DNA of 64,000 bases from an uncultured virus (IMG/VR IMGVR_UViG_3300046008_001858) (IMGVR_UViG_3300046008_001858); one strand, 5' to 3'; positions 1 through 10,511 are shown, numbered from the stretch's first letter. Notes: generated by a model not told the origin, from the letters alone. Made by a program: numbers and translations.

Positions 1-1666
1 TTTCATCTAACAGTATTTCTAGTACCTTTTCTAATTCTTCATCTATTGAACAATCTAAGCGTTTTGACATTATTATATTTTTAATTTTTTTGTGAGTACT
101 AAATTTAGCAATAAAATCTTTAATATTAAGTTTTAAATCATTGAAATAACTGTTTAACTGTACTTCAAGATTTTGAAATTTTAATAAAAGTTTTTTATCA
201 TCTTCTAATTCACTTTCCCATTTTGCATATTTAAAAAAACAAGGTAAAACTGTATTTAATTTACGTGCATTATTTGGAGTAAAATTATCAATTTGTTTTC
301 CCATTCTTTCTGACGTTATATCTTGTAATACACCATCTCTATTTTCAATTACAGGAGTAGCTGTTGCTGATACATAAGATGCATGTGGAAACATTATTTT
401 TCTAACTGCAGCATAACCACTTATTAAATTTTGGTGTGTATGATTTTCATCTACTAAAAATAAATATTCCTGACTATTTTTAACCTCTTTTTTTATGTAA
501 TCGATAGAAGATTCCATTTTTTGAATATTTGTTAAATAAATTTTACATCCACTAACTTTTTCATTTATAGCTTTTTTAAATTCTGCTTTTGTTGTTATTT
601 CTTGATATGCTGTATTGTTAATAGTTATAAGTGTTTCTTTTAAATTATCCTTAACTGTTAAATCATGAGTAAGTATAATAATTTTTTTAAATTTTATTGA
701 ATTTTTTCTAACATATTCTAAAATTAATTTAAATGTATTTGATTTACCACTTCGAGTATGGTGTTTGAAATATACTGAAACAGGCTCTGTTTTCTTCAAT
801 TCTTCAATAATTTTTTTAGCAGCAAAATATTGTTGAACCCTTGCATTAATTAAATTGTTTTCACTTACAAATGTATAGTTTATAATATAGCTTAAAATAT
901 CTTCTTGTTTTGTAAAAAGTTCTGTTGCTAAGTCAAAAAAAGAATTTTCTGTTTTTTTATTATCACCATAAGATTCCCATAAAGGATTGTTTTTATTTTT
1001 ATAATTACTTGTTATAAATGTATTTTGTGTATCTGTTCCTACACAAAATAAAAATCTATGATAAGTTTTTTTATTTACGATATCTTCTATTGCTTCTGTA
1101 TATCCTGTACTTAAAGATTTTATTTCAATACAAACAGTTGGAATTCCGTTTAAATATATAGCAAAATCTGGATATTCAGTTTTTGCATTAGATTCTTTAA
1201 TTCTTTTTTCTTTAATAATTTGAAGAATATTTTGTTCAGGATTTGAAGTATTGAAAATAAAGTATGTTTCTATTATTTTTTCATTATTTTTATCTGTTAA
1301 TGTAAATTGACGATTATCATTGATTGTATATAATTCATAAAGATCTTTATTTGTTTTTGTTAAGTCATTTATTATTTTATCAAACTTTTGTATAAAATCA
1401 CTTATAATTAACATTGTAAGAGTTTCTACTGGTATATGATTGTGTCTTTGATACAATCCTTTGTTTCCGTTTTTAATTGCTTCTGTGAGGTCTTGTATAA
1501 GGAGATATGGATGAGCTTGAAGTTCGTCATCTCTGTCTGTTTTTTGTAATTCCTCATAAATTTCTTTTTTTTGAGAAATTCTAAAGAATTGACTTATTTT
1601 TGTTTGAATCTGTTTTTCGTTTAAACTTTTTTTTAGATCTTCTGCTAATTTTTCTATTTCTTTCAT
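1..1666 (-). CDS. hsdR: Type I restriction enzyme R subunit, partial (runs off window start; absent from ORF track)
   Basis: Manual translation from ATG at 1666 (MKEIEKLAEDL...) gives nuclease motif YPDFAIYLNGIPTVCIEIK, Walker A HHTRSGKS, DEAH-like LVDENH and motif III SATATP; follows hsdM-hsdS. Confidence 0.9.
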   Translation of the reverse strand, partial: MKEIEKLAEDLKKSLNEKQIQTKISQFFRISQKKEIYEELQKTDRDDELQAHPYLLIQDLTEAIKNGNKGLYQRHNHIPVETLTMLIISDFIQKFDKIINDLTKTNKDLYELYTINDNRQFTLTDKNNEKIIETYFIFNTSNPEQNILQIIKEKRIKESNAKTEYPDFAIYLNGIPTVCIEIKSLSTGYTEAIEDIVNKKTYHRFLFCVGTDTQNTFITSNYKNKNNPLWESYGDNKKTENSFFDLATELFTKQEDILSYIINYTFVSENNLINARVQQYFAAKKIIEELKKTEPVSVYFKHHTRSGKSNTFKLILEYVRKNSIKFKKIIILTHDLTVKDNLKETLITINNTAYQEITTKAEFKKAINEKVSGCKIYLTNIQKMESSIDYIKKEVKNSQEYLFLVDENHTHQNLISGYAAVRKIMFPHASYVSATATPVIENRDGVLQDITSERMGKQIDNFTPNNARKLNTVLPCFFKYAKWESELEDDKKLLLKFQNLEVQLNSYFNDLKLNIKDFIAKFSTHKKIKNIIMSKRLDCSIDEELEKVLEILLDE

Positions 1667-1686
1667 TTTTACATATTCTCCCTTGG

Positions 1687-3114
1687 TTATCTTGTTCTTA
1701 TTCTACCTGATAAAAGCTCTTGCTGAAAGAATTTAAATCTTTTTTCTTCTTTTTTTAGGTTTTGCTCTTCTTTTTCTATTAAATTGTCTGATTTAGTTAA
1801 TAATGTTGCTATTAGAGTTTGCTCTAATATGTTTTTTGTTAAAATTAGTTTTGAATTATTTAATGTTTTTTGATTCATTAATGGTGATCCAAAAGCATTT
1901 CTTCCTGCATTTAAGATTGAATATATTGGTAATATATAATAAAAATATTTTAAATTAACATTTTTATTAGTTTTATAATCAAATCCCATAATTGCTTCAT
2001 TTGTTACCATATTATCAAATTTTGTAAATCCAACCCTTCCAATTGACAATTTAAAGCTAAATAATAAACTATTTTTTGAAAGCATCTGTTTTTTATTACT
2101 TATAGTTGAAATGTTAATTGTTTTTTTATTTTCAACAATTATATCTTGTAAATCTGAAATATTAATCCATTTTACATTTCCAATATAATTATTATCTATT
2201 GCTGTTGAAGGAGTAAATCCTACTACACCAATTAAATTATCACTTAATTTTTCTACTTTCCAATCAATAGGAATTTCAAAAATTCGTCCATTAATTTTAA
2301 CTTCTTTCCAACTCAAATTTTTATAAAATTCAATTTTAGAATCAAAATCAATATTTAACCAATTTTCAAATTCTTCTTGCTTGCCGTCAACAATATCAAT
2401 TTTAACATCTTCAACCTTATCTTCCCCATAAACCATTGGTTCATTTTCAGCATTTAAAAGAATTTGTTCTAATAAACCTAAAGATAAAGCTTCACCAGTA
2501 GCTTTTTGTGTCAAACGAATTCTCAATCGGCCAGACAACAATTCTTGTTGAAAATATTTTCTTTGTTTTTTAAGTTTTGAAATTTTTTCTTTTGTGTGTT
2601 CAATTAAATCTTCTTGCTTTGTTAGGATGGATGCAATTCTTGTTTGTTCTTCGATTTCTGGTGTTAAAATATCTAAATTTTCAAAAGTATTCATTCTTAA
2701 AGAAGGAACTGTTGATCCAACAGCATTTCTTCTTAAAACTTCATTTAAAGAATTTAATTTATATTTCATAAAATGAATATTATCAATAAAATTAGACAAA
2801 GAATATGCTCTTTGGTGAAGATTATATTTACCACTTATATATCGTGGTCTAAAATTTTGACCTTCTCCTGGGAAAATTAAAGCTTCATTATCAAACAAAA
2901 ATTTATTACTTTTTTTTATCGACACTGATCTATCGAATAAAGGATAAATACCGTTTTCTTCATTATCTTCAGCATTAGCTTTTCCACTTTTTATAACTAC
3001 ATTTCCTTTTAATTTTTTAACATCCCAATCAACAGGAATAGAAACAACACTACCATTAACCTTCTCTTCCTTCCACTCTGTATTCCGATACAATCCCAAT
3101 TCACTTAAAGACAT
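1687..3114 (-). CDS. hsdS: Type I R-M specificity subunit
   Basis: Two TRD repeats (IPVDW/IPIDW, EQTRIASIL/EQTLIATLL, FQQELLSGR twice); lies between hsdM and hsdR. Confidence 0.93.
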   Translation of the reverse strand: MSLSELGLYRNTEWKEEKVNGSVVSIPVDWDVKKLKGNVVIKSGKANAEDNEENGIYPLFDRSVSIKKSNKFLFDNEALIFPGEGQNFRPRYISGKYNLHQRAYSLSNFIDNIHFMKYKLNSLNEVLRRNAVGSTVPSLRMNTFENLDILTPEIEEQTRIASILTKQEDLIEHTKEKISKLKKQRKYFQQELLSGRLRIRLTQKATGEALSLGLLEQILLNAENEPMVYGEDKVEDVKIDIVDGKQEEFENWLNIDFDSKIEFYKNLSWKEVKINGRIFEIPIDWKVEKLSDNLIGVVGFTPSTAIDNNYIGNVKWINISDLQDIIVENKKTINISTISNKKQMLSKNSLLFSFKLSIGRVGFTKFDNMVTNEAIMGFDYKTNKNVNLKYFYYILPIYSILNAGRNAFGSPLMNQKTLNNSKLILTKNILEQTLIATLLTKSDNLIEKEEQNLKKEEKRFKFFQQELLSGRIRTR

Positions 3115-3116
3115 AA

Positions 3117-5540
3117 TTAAACCTTTTCTTCTGTTATTTCCAAAACCAAGTCAAACAATCGATCCATTTCAGCAGTTTCAAACTCAATTTCGTTTCTGAT
3201 AACAATCATATCATCTTTAAGCTTAAACGGAGATATAATCTCTTCTGGTTCATCTTTAAATACATATCGCTGAACAGATAAATTAAAATCATTTTCAATA
3301 ATTTCGTCAAGTTCAACATAACGAGATAAACCTTCTTCTTCAATTCTTCCAAGATAATTAACATGAGTATTTTCTTCTTGCCACTCATTCAATACACCTT
3401 TTTTAATAAATTCAGAAGAAGAATTAACCATAAAGATCTTACCTTTATCACAATCTTTTTTGTTTTTATTTAAAATCCACATAACAACAGGAATCCCAGT
3501 TGTTTGGAACATATTTCCAGGAAGAACAACTAACCCTTCAATCAAATCTTCAGCAATTAAAGCTTTTCTAATTTTTTGTGTTGAATCTTTAAACAAAGTT
3601 CCCAAAGGTAGAACAACTCCAGCCTTACCATTTCTATTCAACAAATCAATAATTGTCAATAAAAAAGCAACATCGCCATCGCCTTTTTTAGGAACTCCAT
3701 ACTGCCAACGTCCAGTAGAACCATTTACTAATGACTCATTCAAAGCAAACTCATAGCCATAATCTTTCAATCCATAAGGAGGATTAGCAACAATACAATC
3801 AAACGTTCCTTTATGAGTTCCAATATTATCTTTATATTCTGTAATTGAATTAGCATGGTAAGAAATAGCATTTTGAATTTCTTTTAAAGATAAATTCAAT
3901 CCACCCATAATGTCTGCATTTTCACCAATTTCTTGTGAAACGATAGTAATTTTTTGATTCAAAATTCTCATTACGTCAGGATTAGATTTATCTGGATGCT
4001 CTGCAACATATTTCTTTTTCAATAAATCAAATGATTCAACTAGAAAAGATGCAGATCCTGCAGCTAAATCACCAATTTTAAAGTTTCCATTTTCTGGTAA
4101 TTCCAAATCCAATAAAGGTAACAATTTTTCAATTAGTTCTGTAGGTGTAAAGAATTCTCCACCTTTTTTACCTGCAGATTCAACAAATGTTTCAATAAAA
4201 TACATATATGCTTGAGAAAAAATATCTTGAGAAGCGTTTTCATACGTAAGTTCTAAGTTAGAGAAAATAGTACAAATATTAAGGAAAACATCTTCAGGAA
4301 CTTTTTTACCATCTTTAACTTTTCTAACAAAATCAAAAGTATCAAACATTTTTGTTACTAACGTAGAATTTGAATCTTCAGTTAAAGATTCAACAATTTC
4401 AATCAAAAACTCTGGTTTTGTTCGTGCAGATGTTTTTAACATTAATTCAGGAAATAAAGTTAAAGAAATTTCACGTTCTTCTCCAGAAGTATTTTCTGTA
4501 AATGTCATTAAATCATCCCAAGTAATACAATACCATTCAGTTCCTTTTTTAGTTTCAAAAAACTTATCCTCATTACGATAATCTTCAATTTTTTCAATAA
4601 ATGGATTTTTAATCCCAGACAAAAGATCATTATCAACATGATTATTCAATTCGTGTAAAATATATTCTTTTCTTAAGTCAATCATACGCTTAAGAAACAA
4701 GAATGGGATACCAAGACGTAGATAATCCATTGTATCATCTAATTTTGTTCGATCTCTAATTTCGTCAGCAACAGACCACAATAGATCAGTAATATCCTTT
4801 AAAGTAACGATATTAATTTCTTTTACTCCATCCAAAATTGTTTCTTTTAATTCAACATAAACAGAACCATCTAAAATTAGATTACTATTTTGAATAGAAT
4901 CTTTCTTAATATTTGTAGCTTTACCACTGTTAATAATTTTAATTGTTGAATCTTTCATTAAATAAACATTATTGAGATAGTCAACACCAAAAGATACCGT
5001 AGATTCTTCTTCATCTTCTTCATTTGGTTCAAATTGTGAGATACTATAATTATTAATAAAAAAAGTTTTATCTTGAATTGTATAATAATCTTCTGTAATT
5101 TTTGTAAGAATAACATCTTGTTTTTTTACTTTAATTACAATTCCTTCTGGAGTTACTTCAAATACTGAAATATTTGAACCTTTTTTCAAGGCAGATGTAA
5201 TATTAAATAACTCTTCATTATCCAACAAATAAAGAGATTCTGTATCTGAAATATAAATATTATTAATATCAATTTCTTTTTGGAGGATTTTACCAGAAAT
5301 AAATACAGGCTCTACAACAGTTACGAACGGCTGTTCTAATACATCTTCATATGAAAAAATTGAAAAAATTTCATTTTGGATAACTTCAACAGGTTCTTTT
5401 GTTTCTTTTGAAATAAAATTTGTTGCAGGAGTTTCTTGATAAGTAGTTAAGTCATCCCATACTTTTAAGATGATATTGTCATTTGAGTTATATGCTTTTT
5501 CAAAATAAATAGCATCTTTGGTTAAGAGGTTGATTGTCAT
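3117..5540 (-). CDS. hsdM: Type I R-M N6-adenine methyltransferase with long N-terminal extension
   Basis: LWSVADEIR, GEFFTP, motif I DLAAGSASFL, motif IV NPPY, C-terminal NDFNLSVQRY. Confidence 0.93.
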   Translation of the reverse strand: MTINLLTKDAIYFEKAYNSNDNIILKVWDDLTTYQETPATNFISKETKEPVEVIQNEIFSIFSYEDVLEQPFVTVVEPVFISGKILQKEIDINNIYISDTESLYLLDNEELFNITSALKKGSNISVFEVTPEGIVIKVKKQDVILTKITEDYYTIQDKTFFINNYSISQFEPNEEDEEESTVSFGVDYLNNVYLMKDSTIKIINSGKATNIKKDSIQNSNLILDGSVYVELKETILDGVKEINIVTLKDITDLLWSVADEIRDRTKLDDTMDYLRLGIPFLFLKRMIDLRKEYILHELNNHVDNDLLSGIKNPFIEKIEDYRNEDKFFETKKGTEWYCITWDDLMTFTENTSGEEREISLTLFPELMLKTSARTKPEFLIEIVESLTEDSNSTLVTKMFDTFDFVRKVKDGKKVPEDVFLNICTIFSNLELTYENASQDIFSQAYMYFIETFVESAGKKGGEFFTPTELIEKLLPLLDLELPENGNFKIGDLAAGSASFLVESFDLLKKKYVAEHPDKSNPDVMRILNQKITIVSQEIGENADIMGGLNLSLKEIQNAISYHANSITEYKDNIGTHKGTFDCIVANPPYGLKDYGYEFALNESLVNGSTGRWQYGVPKKGDGDVAFLLTIIDLLNRNGKAGVVLPLGTLFKDSTQKIRKALIAEDLIEGLVVLPGNMFQTTGIPVVMWILNKNKKDCDKGKIFMVNSSSEFIKKGVLNEWQEENTHVNYLGRIEEEGLSRYVELDEIIENDFNLSVQRYVFKDEPEEIISPFKLKDDMIVIRNEIEFETAEMDRLFDLVLEITEEKV

Positions 5541-5706
5541 TGTAAGTCCTTGTTACTTTTTATATGTATTATTTTAACTTAATAAACATAAAATGAAGCT
5601 TAAGATTATTGTAAATAGCATTAATTATTATATATTTCAATAGATTTAAACTTTTTATAAAAAGTGCGACAGTGTCGAACGTATTGAACTATTAAAAGAA
5701 AGACTT

Positions 5707-6768
5707 TTATTTCTTAGTTTCAATAAAATCTGAAACCATTTCAAACAACTCTTTGTTATGGATAATACATTCACATAATGCGTCAAAAGAACAAAAAGTT
5801 TTAGCATCTTTTGTTAATCCAAGAGTTAATCTTTGTGATTCTATATTTAAAATATGACGGATTGAATTATTATAATAACCATTGTCAAAAACTTGAAAGT
5901 AATTTTGTTTATGACCTTTTAAAATTTTTAAAAAATTATTAACTGATATTCTATCATAATTACCATTACCAGCATTAGGTAAAACACTCATTAATAAAGC
6001 CTTAAATTCTTCAATATCAGCCAACTCTTCTGATATTAATTCTTCTCCAAAAAAATCATTAATTAACATTGGCTCAAATGTTTTTGCTATATTAATTGAT
6101 ACACCCTCTTCACTTCGTTCGAGCCCTTGCGGTATTTCTCCAGAACAAAAATTAGCACTTAAGTAAATAATGTCTGATTGTAATGCATTTACTTTTGAAT
6201 ACATTGAAAAATATTTTTTTGACTTTTCCATTTTTTCATTTTGATAAGAAATATAATCATTAATTGAAATTCCTTCTAAATAATGATTTTTTGTCATTGA
6301 TATAGTTGTTCTATTTCCATCTTCATCTTCAACTATATAATCATTTTTTCTTTTGGAATTAGTAGTATCAAGCTCTTTAATAATATGATAAATATTATTA
6401 TGAGAAACTATACAATTATTATTTCTTATTTTTAATAAAAAATCATCTCTTTGATTCGATAAATAAGAATTCCAAGTATAATCAATTGAACTGTCTGAAA
6501 ATACTTCATCTCTATTATTTTCTATTTTAAGTAAAATAACTTTCATTTGTTTTTGAATTTTCAATATCTCTCGATATATTGCAATATTTCTTTCCGTAAA
6601 AGGATAAAAAGCATTCTCGGTATTATAAATTTCACATAGTGATCCGTCATTAATATAAGCAAAAACTTGTCTACCAAAATGATAATTTTTTATTGAATTA
6701 TGTAAAAATAGCATTGGTTCAGAACCTTGATTTTCAACATAAAATCCTTGTACTTTATCTGTAAACAT
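5707..6768 (-). CDS. Hypothetical protein, tandem paralogue of 6755..7825
   Basis: Shares MFTDKVQGFYVE, ISEELADIEE and ALCECIIHNK with neighbour. Confidence 0.85.
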   Translation of the reverse strand: MFTDKVQGFYVENQGSEPMLFLHNSIKNYHFGRQVFAYINDGSLCEIYNTENAFYPFTERNIAIYREILKIQKQMKVILLKIENNRDEVFSDSSIDYTWNSYLSNQRDDFLLKIRNNNCIVSHNNIYHIIKELDTTNSKRKNDYIVEDEDGNRTTISMTKNHYLEGISINDYISYQNEKMEKSKKYFSMYSKVNALQSDIIYLSANFCSGEIPQGLERSEEGVSINIAKTFEPMLINDFFGEELISEELADIEEFKALLMSVLPNAGNGNYDRISVNNFLKILKGHKQNYFQVFDNGYYNNSIRHILNIESQRLTLGLTKDAKTFCSFDALCECIIHNKELFEMVSDFIETKK

Positions 6769-7825
6769 TTATCACATCCTTCATTTTATTGTTTTTTTTA
6801 CAATATTCTATATAACTTGATACGTATTCAAATAATTTTTTATTATGAATAATACATTCACATAATGCATGAAAAGAACAAAATGCTTTAGCATCCTTGA
6901 TTAATCCATATGTTATTTTTTGATCTTCTGAATGTAATATTTGCCGCCTTGAATTATAATATTCTTTAACAAAAAGTTGATTATAATTTTGTGTATTACC
7001 CTCTAAATTAAATAAAAAACTACTAACTGATATTTGATTATAATGAAGACGATAAGGATTTGGTAAAATACTTATTAATTCAGCTTTAAGTTCTTCAATA
7101 TCAGCTAATTCTTCTGATATTATCTCTTCTTCTTCTAATAAATCATTTATATACATATATTCAAATGTTTTTGCATCCTCAAATGATAAACCTACTTCTC
7201 CAAGACAAAAATCAATACTTAAATCAATAACTTTTGTATTTAGTTTTTCAAATTCTGATTGCAGCTCAAAATATTCTTTATTATATTCTTCAAGTTTTAT
7301 TTGATAGTCAATACATTCTTGTAGTGATACATCTGGTAAAAAATATGTTTGAATCATACATATGCTTATTTTATCACCATTTATATCTTCACATATAAAA
7401 TCATTTTTTCTTTTTGGATTTGTTGTATCTTGTTTTTTAATAGTATAAAAATTACCATATTCAAAAACAAGGCAATTTTTCTTTTTTATTTTAGATAAAA
7501 ACGAATCTCTTTCTTTGGTATTATATAATGTCCAATTATAATCAGGATCTAATAATGATTTTTCATATTCATTATCATCCATTTGTAATAATAACTCATT
7601 TATTTTCTTTTCAATTTTCCAAATTTCACGATATTTAGCAATATTAGCTTCTGTGAATGGATAAAAGCCTGTATCTAAATTGTATGTTTCGCAATAAGAT
7701 CCGTCATTAAAAAAACCAAAAACTTTTCTACCAAAATGATAGTCTTTCAATGAATTATGTAAAAATAACATTGGTACATAATTGTGATCTTCTACATAAA
7801 ATCCTTGTACTTTATCTGTGAACAT
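6755..7825 (-). CDS. Hypothetical protein, tandem paralogue of 5707..6768
   Basis: Long ORF, AAGGA RBS, end-to-end similarity to neighbour. Confidence 0.85.
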   Translation of the reverse strand: MFTDKVQGFYVEDHNYVPMLFLHNSLKDYHFGRKVFGFFNDGSYCETYNLDTGFYPFTEANIAKYREIWKIEKKINELLLQMDDNEYEKSLLDPDYNWTLYNTKERDSFLSKIKKKNCLVFEYGNFYTIKKQDTTNPKRKNDFICEDINGDKISICMIQTYFLPDVSLQECIDYQIKLEEYNKEYFELQSEFEKLNTKVIDLSIDFCLGEVGLSFEDAKTFEYMYINDLLEEEEIISEELADIEELKAELISILPNPYRLHYNQISVSSFLFNLEGNTQNYNQLFVKEYYNSRRQILHSEDQKITYGLIKDAKAFCSFHALCECIIHNKKLFEYVSSYIEYCKKNNKMKDVINVYR

Positions 7826-7947
7826 TATGTATTTCCTTGATTAATATAATTTAATATTATTTTAACACATCTAATCTTATAAAAATATAAATTTTTTATT
7901 CTAAACCCGCAGGGCTGAATAAGCGTAGCTTATGAAGGGAGTTTATT

Positions 7948-8193
7948 ATGTCACCTGTTGATATAGTTGAATGTTATGTTAGTTGTTCATCTTCTGTTCC
8001 AAAAGAAATATTTGTAATTTTCAATAAAGTACAAGAGGTTTTTGAAACAGATGAATTTTATAGTTCCGAAATGGAATTAATTGTTTTTGGAGATTTTTTA
8101 ACTGAAATTGAAGAAAATTTATCGGACGATGAAATTTCTGAGCTTGATAAAGCTTGGGAAGATATTATTGATAAAATAGTTGAGAAAGATTAA
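7948..8193 (+). CDS. Small acidic hypothetical protein
   Basis: GGGAG RBS; D/E-rich 81 aa. Confidence 0.75.
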   Translation: MSPVDIVECYVSCSSSVPKEIFVIFNKVQEVFETDEFYSSEMELIVFGDFLTEIEENLSDDEISELDKAWEDIIDKIVEKD

Positions 8194-8451
8194 TTTCTTT
8201 TTCAACTCATAGCTTTTAGTTAATAAAAATATTAAAATGTAAACTGTTGGTTTATAAAATATACTTTATATAAATTAAATGTTTAACTATAACTATTATA
8301 GTTATCTTTATTGAGATTTCAATTTTAAAATGGAGCCTAAAATGGTATATCTATTTGCAAGAACCGATTCACGAGGTGTTATTTTAAAAAAAGTTGCTTT
8401 CATAAAAGCTAAAAATAAAGAAGAGGCACTCCAAAATCAGATTCTGAAATA

Positions 8452-9330
8452 GCAGAATTTATTTCTCAAATTTCGAGAGCATTACTTCACTTACCATCTT
8501 ATGTAATTACACCAAAAGAAGTTGAAGAATTAGAAATTACTATTATTAAAAATAATATTCAAAATTATGTTTATGTTGATAAAGATTCAGAAATAATTAG
8601 ACAAACAATTGCAAACAATATATTACTCGGTGATAATATATTATTGATTGCTCATTCTCAAGGAACTATATATGTCAATATAGTTTATGATAAATTAGTT
8701 GAACAAGATATTTCAACACTAAATAATACAAAGATATTATCTATAGCAGATGTTGCTGGATATATGCCAAATGGAGATTGGATATCTTCTTATGAGGATT
8801 ATGTAATAATAGCTGTAAAGGCTATATTTACATGTGTAGATTTTAATATATTTGAATTTACAAATCCTGGTCATTCATTAATAGGAACATATTTAAAAGA
8901 AGGTTCTTCAATTTTAACTGAATTTGAAAGAAAAGCGAAATTACTATTAGAAACATTTGAACAAAAACAGTTTGATAACACATTTACTTTTACATTTTAT
9001 GGATTATCTTCAACACAAAATCTTTCTGGAATGAGCATGCCATATATCAAAGATCTAAATAGAAGTAAAACATATTCTCAATTAAGTCCAGAGTTTAATA
9101 TAAGTGTATCAGGCGCTGATATGGTGTATAAACTAACATTGCCTACGAATCAAGACTTAAGTGGCGAATACCTACTTGAATGGACGTTTAATGACGTAAA
9201 TATAACTAAAGGTCAAATTCAATGTGGAAATAAAACAAAAGATATAAATGTTACAAAATATTTAGTAAATAATTTTGGTAAAATTGTTTTAACTAAAAAT
9301 TTAAATACTTATGATTGTAACTTTAAATAA
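8452..9330 (+). pseudogene. 5'-truncated paralogue of the lipase-like gene 13056..14207
   Basis: Homology (AEFISQ..ALLHLPSYV, AHSQG) starts at ~8452, upstream of the tracked start; signal peptide and ~90 aa missing; abuts an unrelated short ORF starting at 8342. Confidence 0.8.
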
Positions 9331-9344
9331 TTTTTCTTAAAAAG

Positions 9345-9393
9345 AATAACTACCCTGCTTTGCAGCCACTTCGTGGTGAAGAAGGTAGTTATT
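9345..9393. terminator. Branched hairpin between convergent genes
   Basis: AATAACTACC/GGTAGTTATT stem enclosing CTGC-TTT-GCAG and CCAC-TTC-GTGG. Confidence 0.6.
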
Positions 9394-9398
9394 AGAAA

Positions 9399-10358
9399 TT
9401 AAAATCTAAATTCACTTAAAATAGAAGAACTTAATTCTTTCATTTCTTCTTGAAAAATTTCTGATTTTTTTTCAAACTCAGAAATCGTAATTCCCTTATT
9501 TAAAATTTCAAAATCTTCTTCAGGAAGATAACATAAACCGACTTCTTCAAGTGTTCTCAAAGATGTAGCTATGTGAGTTAAAACTCTTAAATCAAATGCT
9601 TTCATATTCTCGTTAGATAACATTTTTATGGAAGCATTTCTATTCTCAATTACACTTGATATAATTGGAAACAAATCTGTACCATCTGTTTCGATAAAGA
9701 TAGTTTTCATTCCAGGAAGAAATGTATTACTTACACTGACATATCCGTAGACGCTGTCAGAAATAATGATACTAATTCCATTTACAGCAACAGGAACAAT
9801 TACTTCTTCAACAACCACTTGTGCAGCAACAGGAGCAATTACTTCTTCAACAACCACTTGCGTAGCAACAGGAGCAATTACTTCTTCAACAACTACTTGC
9901 GTAGCAACAGGAGCAACTACTTCTTCAACAATTACTTGCGTAACAACAGGAGCAATTACTTCTTCAACAACTACTTGAGCAGCAATATAAGGAATAACAT
10001 CTTTAAACGCTTTGTTAAAGCGAAAATTTCCTCTTTTAAATTCAACAAGAACTTCACGAAGTTTTCGATCTTCGATTCTTCCTTCGCCGAAATTATTGAC
10101 TAAAACCATTGTTTTAACAGGATCAATTCCACCTTTTTTACTAAAAAAAGTTTTATTTTCAATTTCTTGAATTTTTATTCCTTTTTTATTTTTATCTTCC
10201 AATAAATTGTGAAGAAAAGCAATTGCTGCTGTTAAAGACATAAACTCAGGGTTTTTGCCTCTACTATCACCTTCGGTGATTATTGACTCATCTCTCATAA
10301 TTGAATGATAATGAGCTTTTTTGACTATTGTAAATCCGTTAAATTCTCTTGAAGACAT
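9399..10358 (-). CDS. Hypothetical protein with internal 13-aa repeats
   Basis: GGGAG RBS; five copies of QVVVEEVIAPVAT-type repeat. Confidence 0.85.
   Translation of the reverse strand: MSSREFNGFTIVKKAHYHSIMRDESIITEGDSRGKNPEFMSLTAAIAFLHNLLEDKNKKGIKIQEIENKTFFSKKGGIDPVKTMVLVNNFGEGRIEDRKLREVLVEFKRGNFRFNKAFKDVIPYIAAQVVVEEVIAPVVTQVIVEEVVAPVATQVVVEEVIAPVATQVVVEEVIAPVAAQVVVEEVIVPVAVNGISIIISDSVYGYVSVSNTFLPGMKTIFIETDGTDLFPIISSVIENRNASIKMLSNENMKAFDLRVLTHIATSLRTLEEVGLCYLPEEDFEILNKGITISEFEKKSEIFQEEMKELSSSILSEFRF
9787..9981. repeat. 39-bp tandem repeat x5 (coding)
   Basis: Unit GCAACAGGAGCAATTACTTCTTCAACAACCACTTGCGTA with few substitutions. Confidence 0.95.
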
Positions 10359-10474
10359 GAGAACTCCCTTTAAAAGTTTGGCCTTAATTAAGACTCTTGA
10401 ATATGTTATAAGATTAAAATATCAATATATTTAAACACCTTTTAAATAAAAATAAAATATTTTTATAAAAACCC

Positions 10475-10503
10475 TTGACATTCATTTAAAAATATGATAG
10501 AAT
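10475..10503 (+). promoter_or_regulatory. Sigma70 promoter driving a non-coding region
   Basis: TTGACA-17 bp-TAGAAT with extended -10 TG. Confidence 0.85.
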
Positions 10504-10511
10504 TACCGAAT

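Noticed and set aside
5664..5690. Group II intron 5' end (GTGCG)
   Set aside because: No following intron domains or domain V; only a short hairpin
7915..7937. Hammerhead ribozyme (CTGA...GAA)
   Set aside because: Lacks the CUGANGA core and three-stem junction
9787..9981. CRISPR array
   Set aside because: Contiguous 39-bp coding repeats with no unique spacers; no repeat-spacer array was seen near either tnpB
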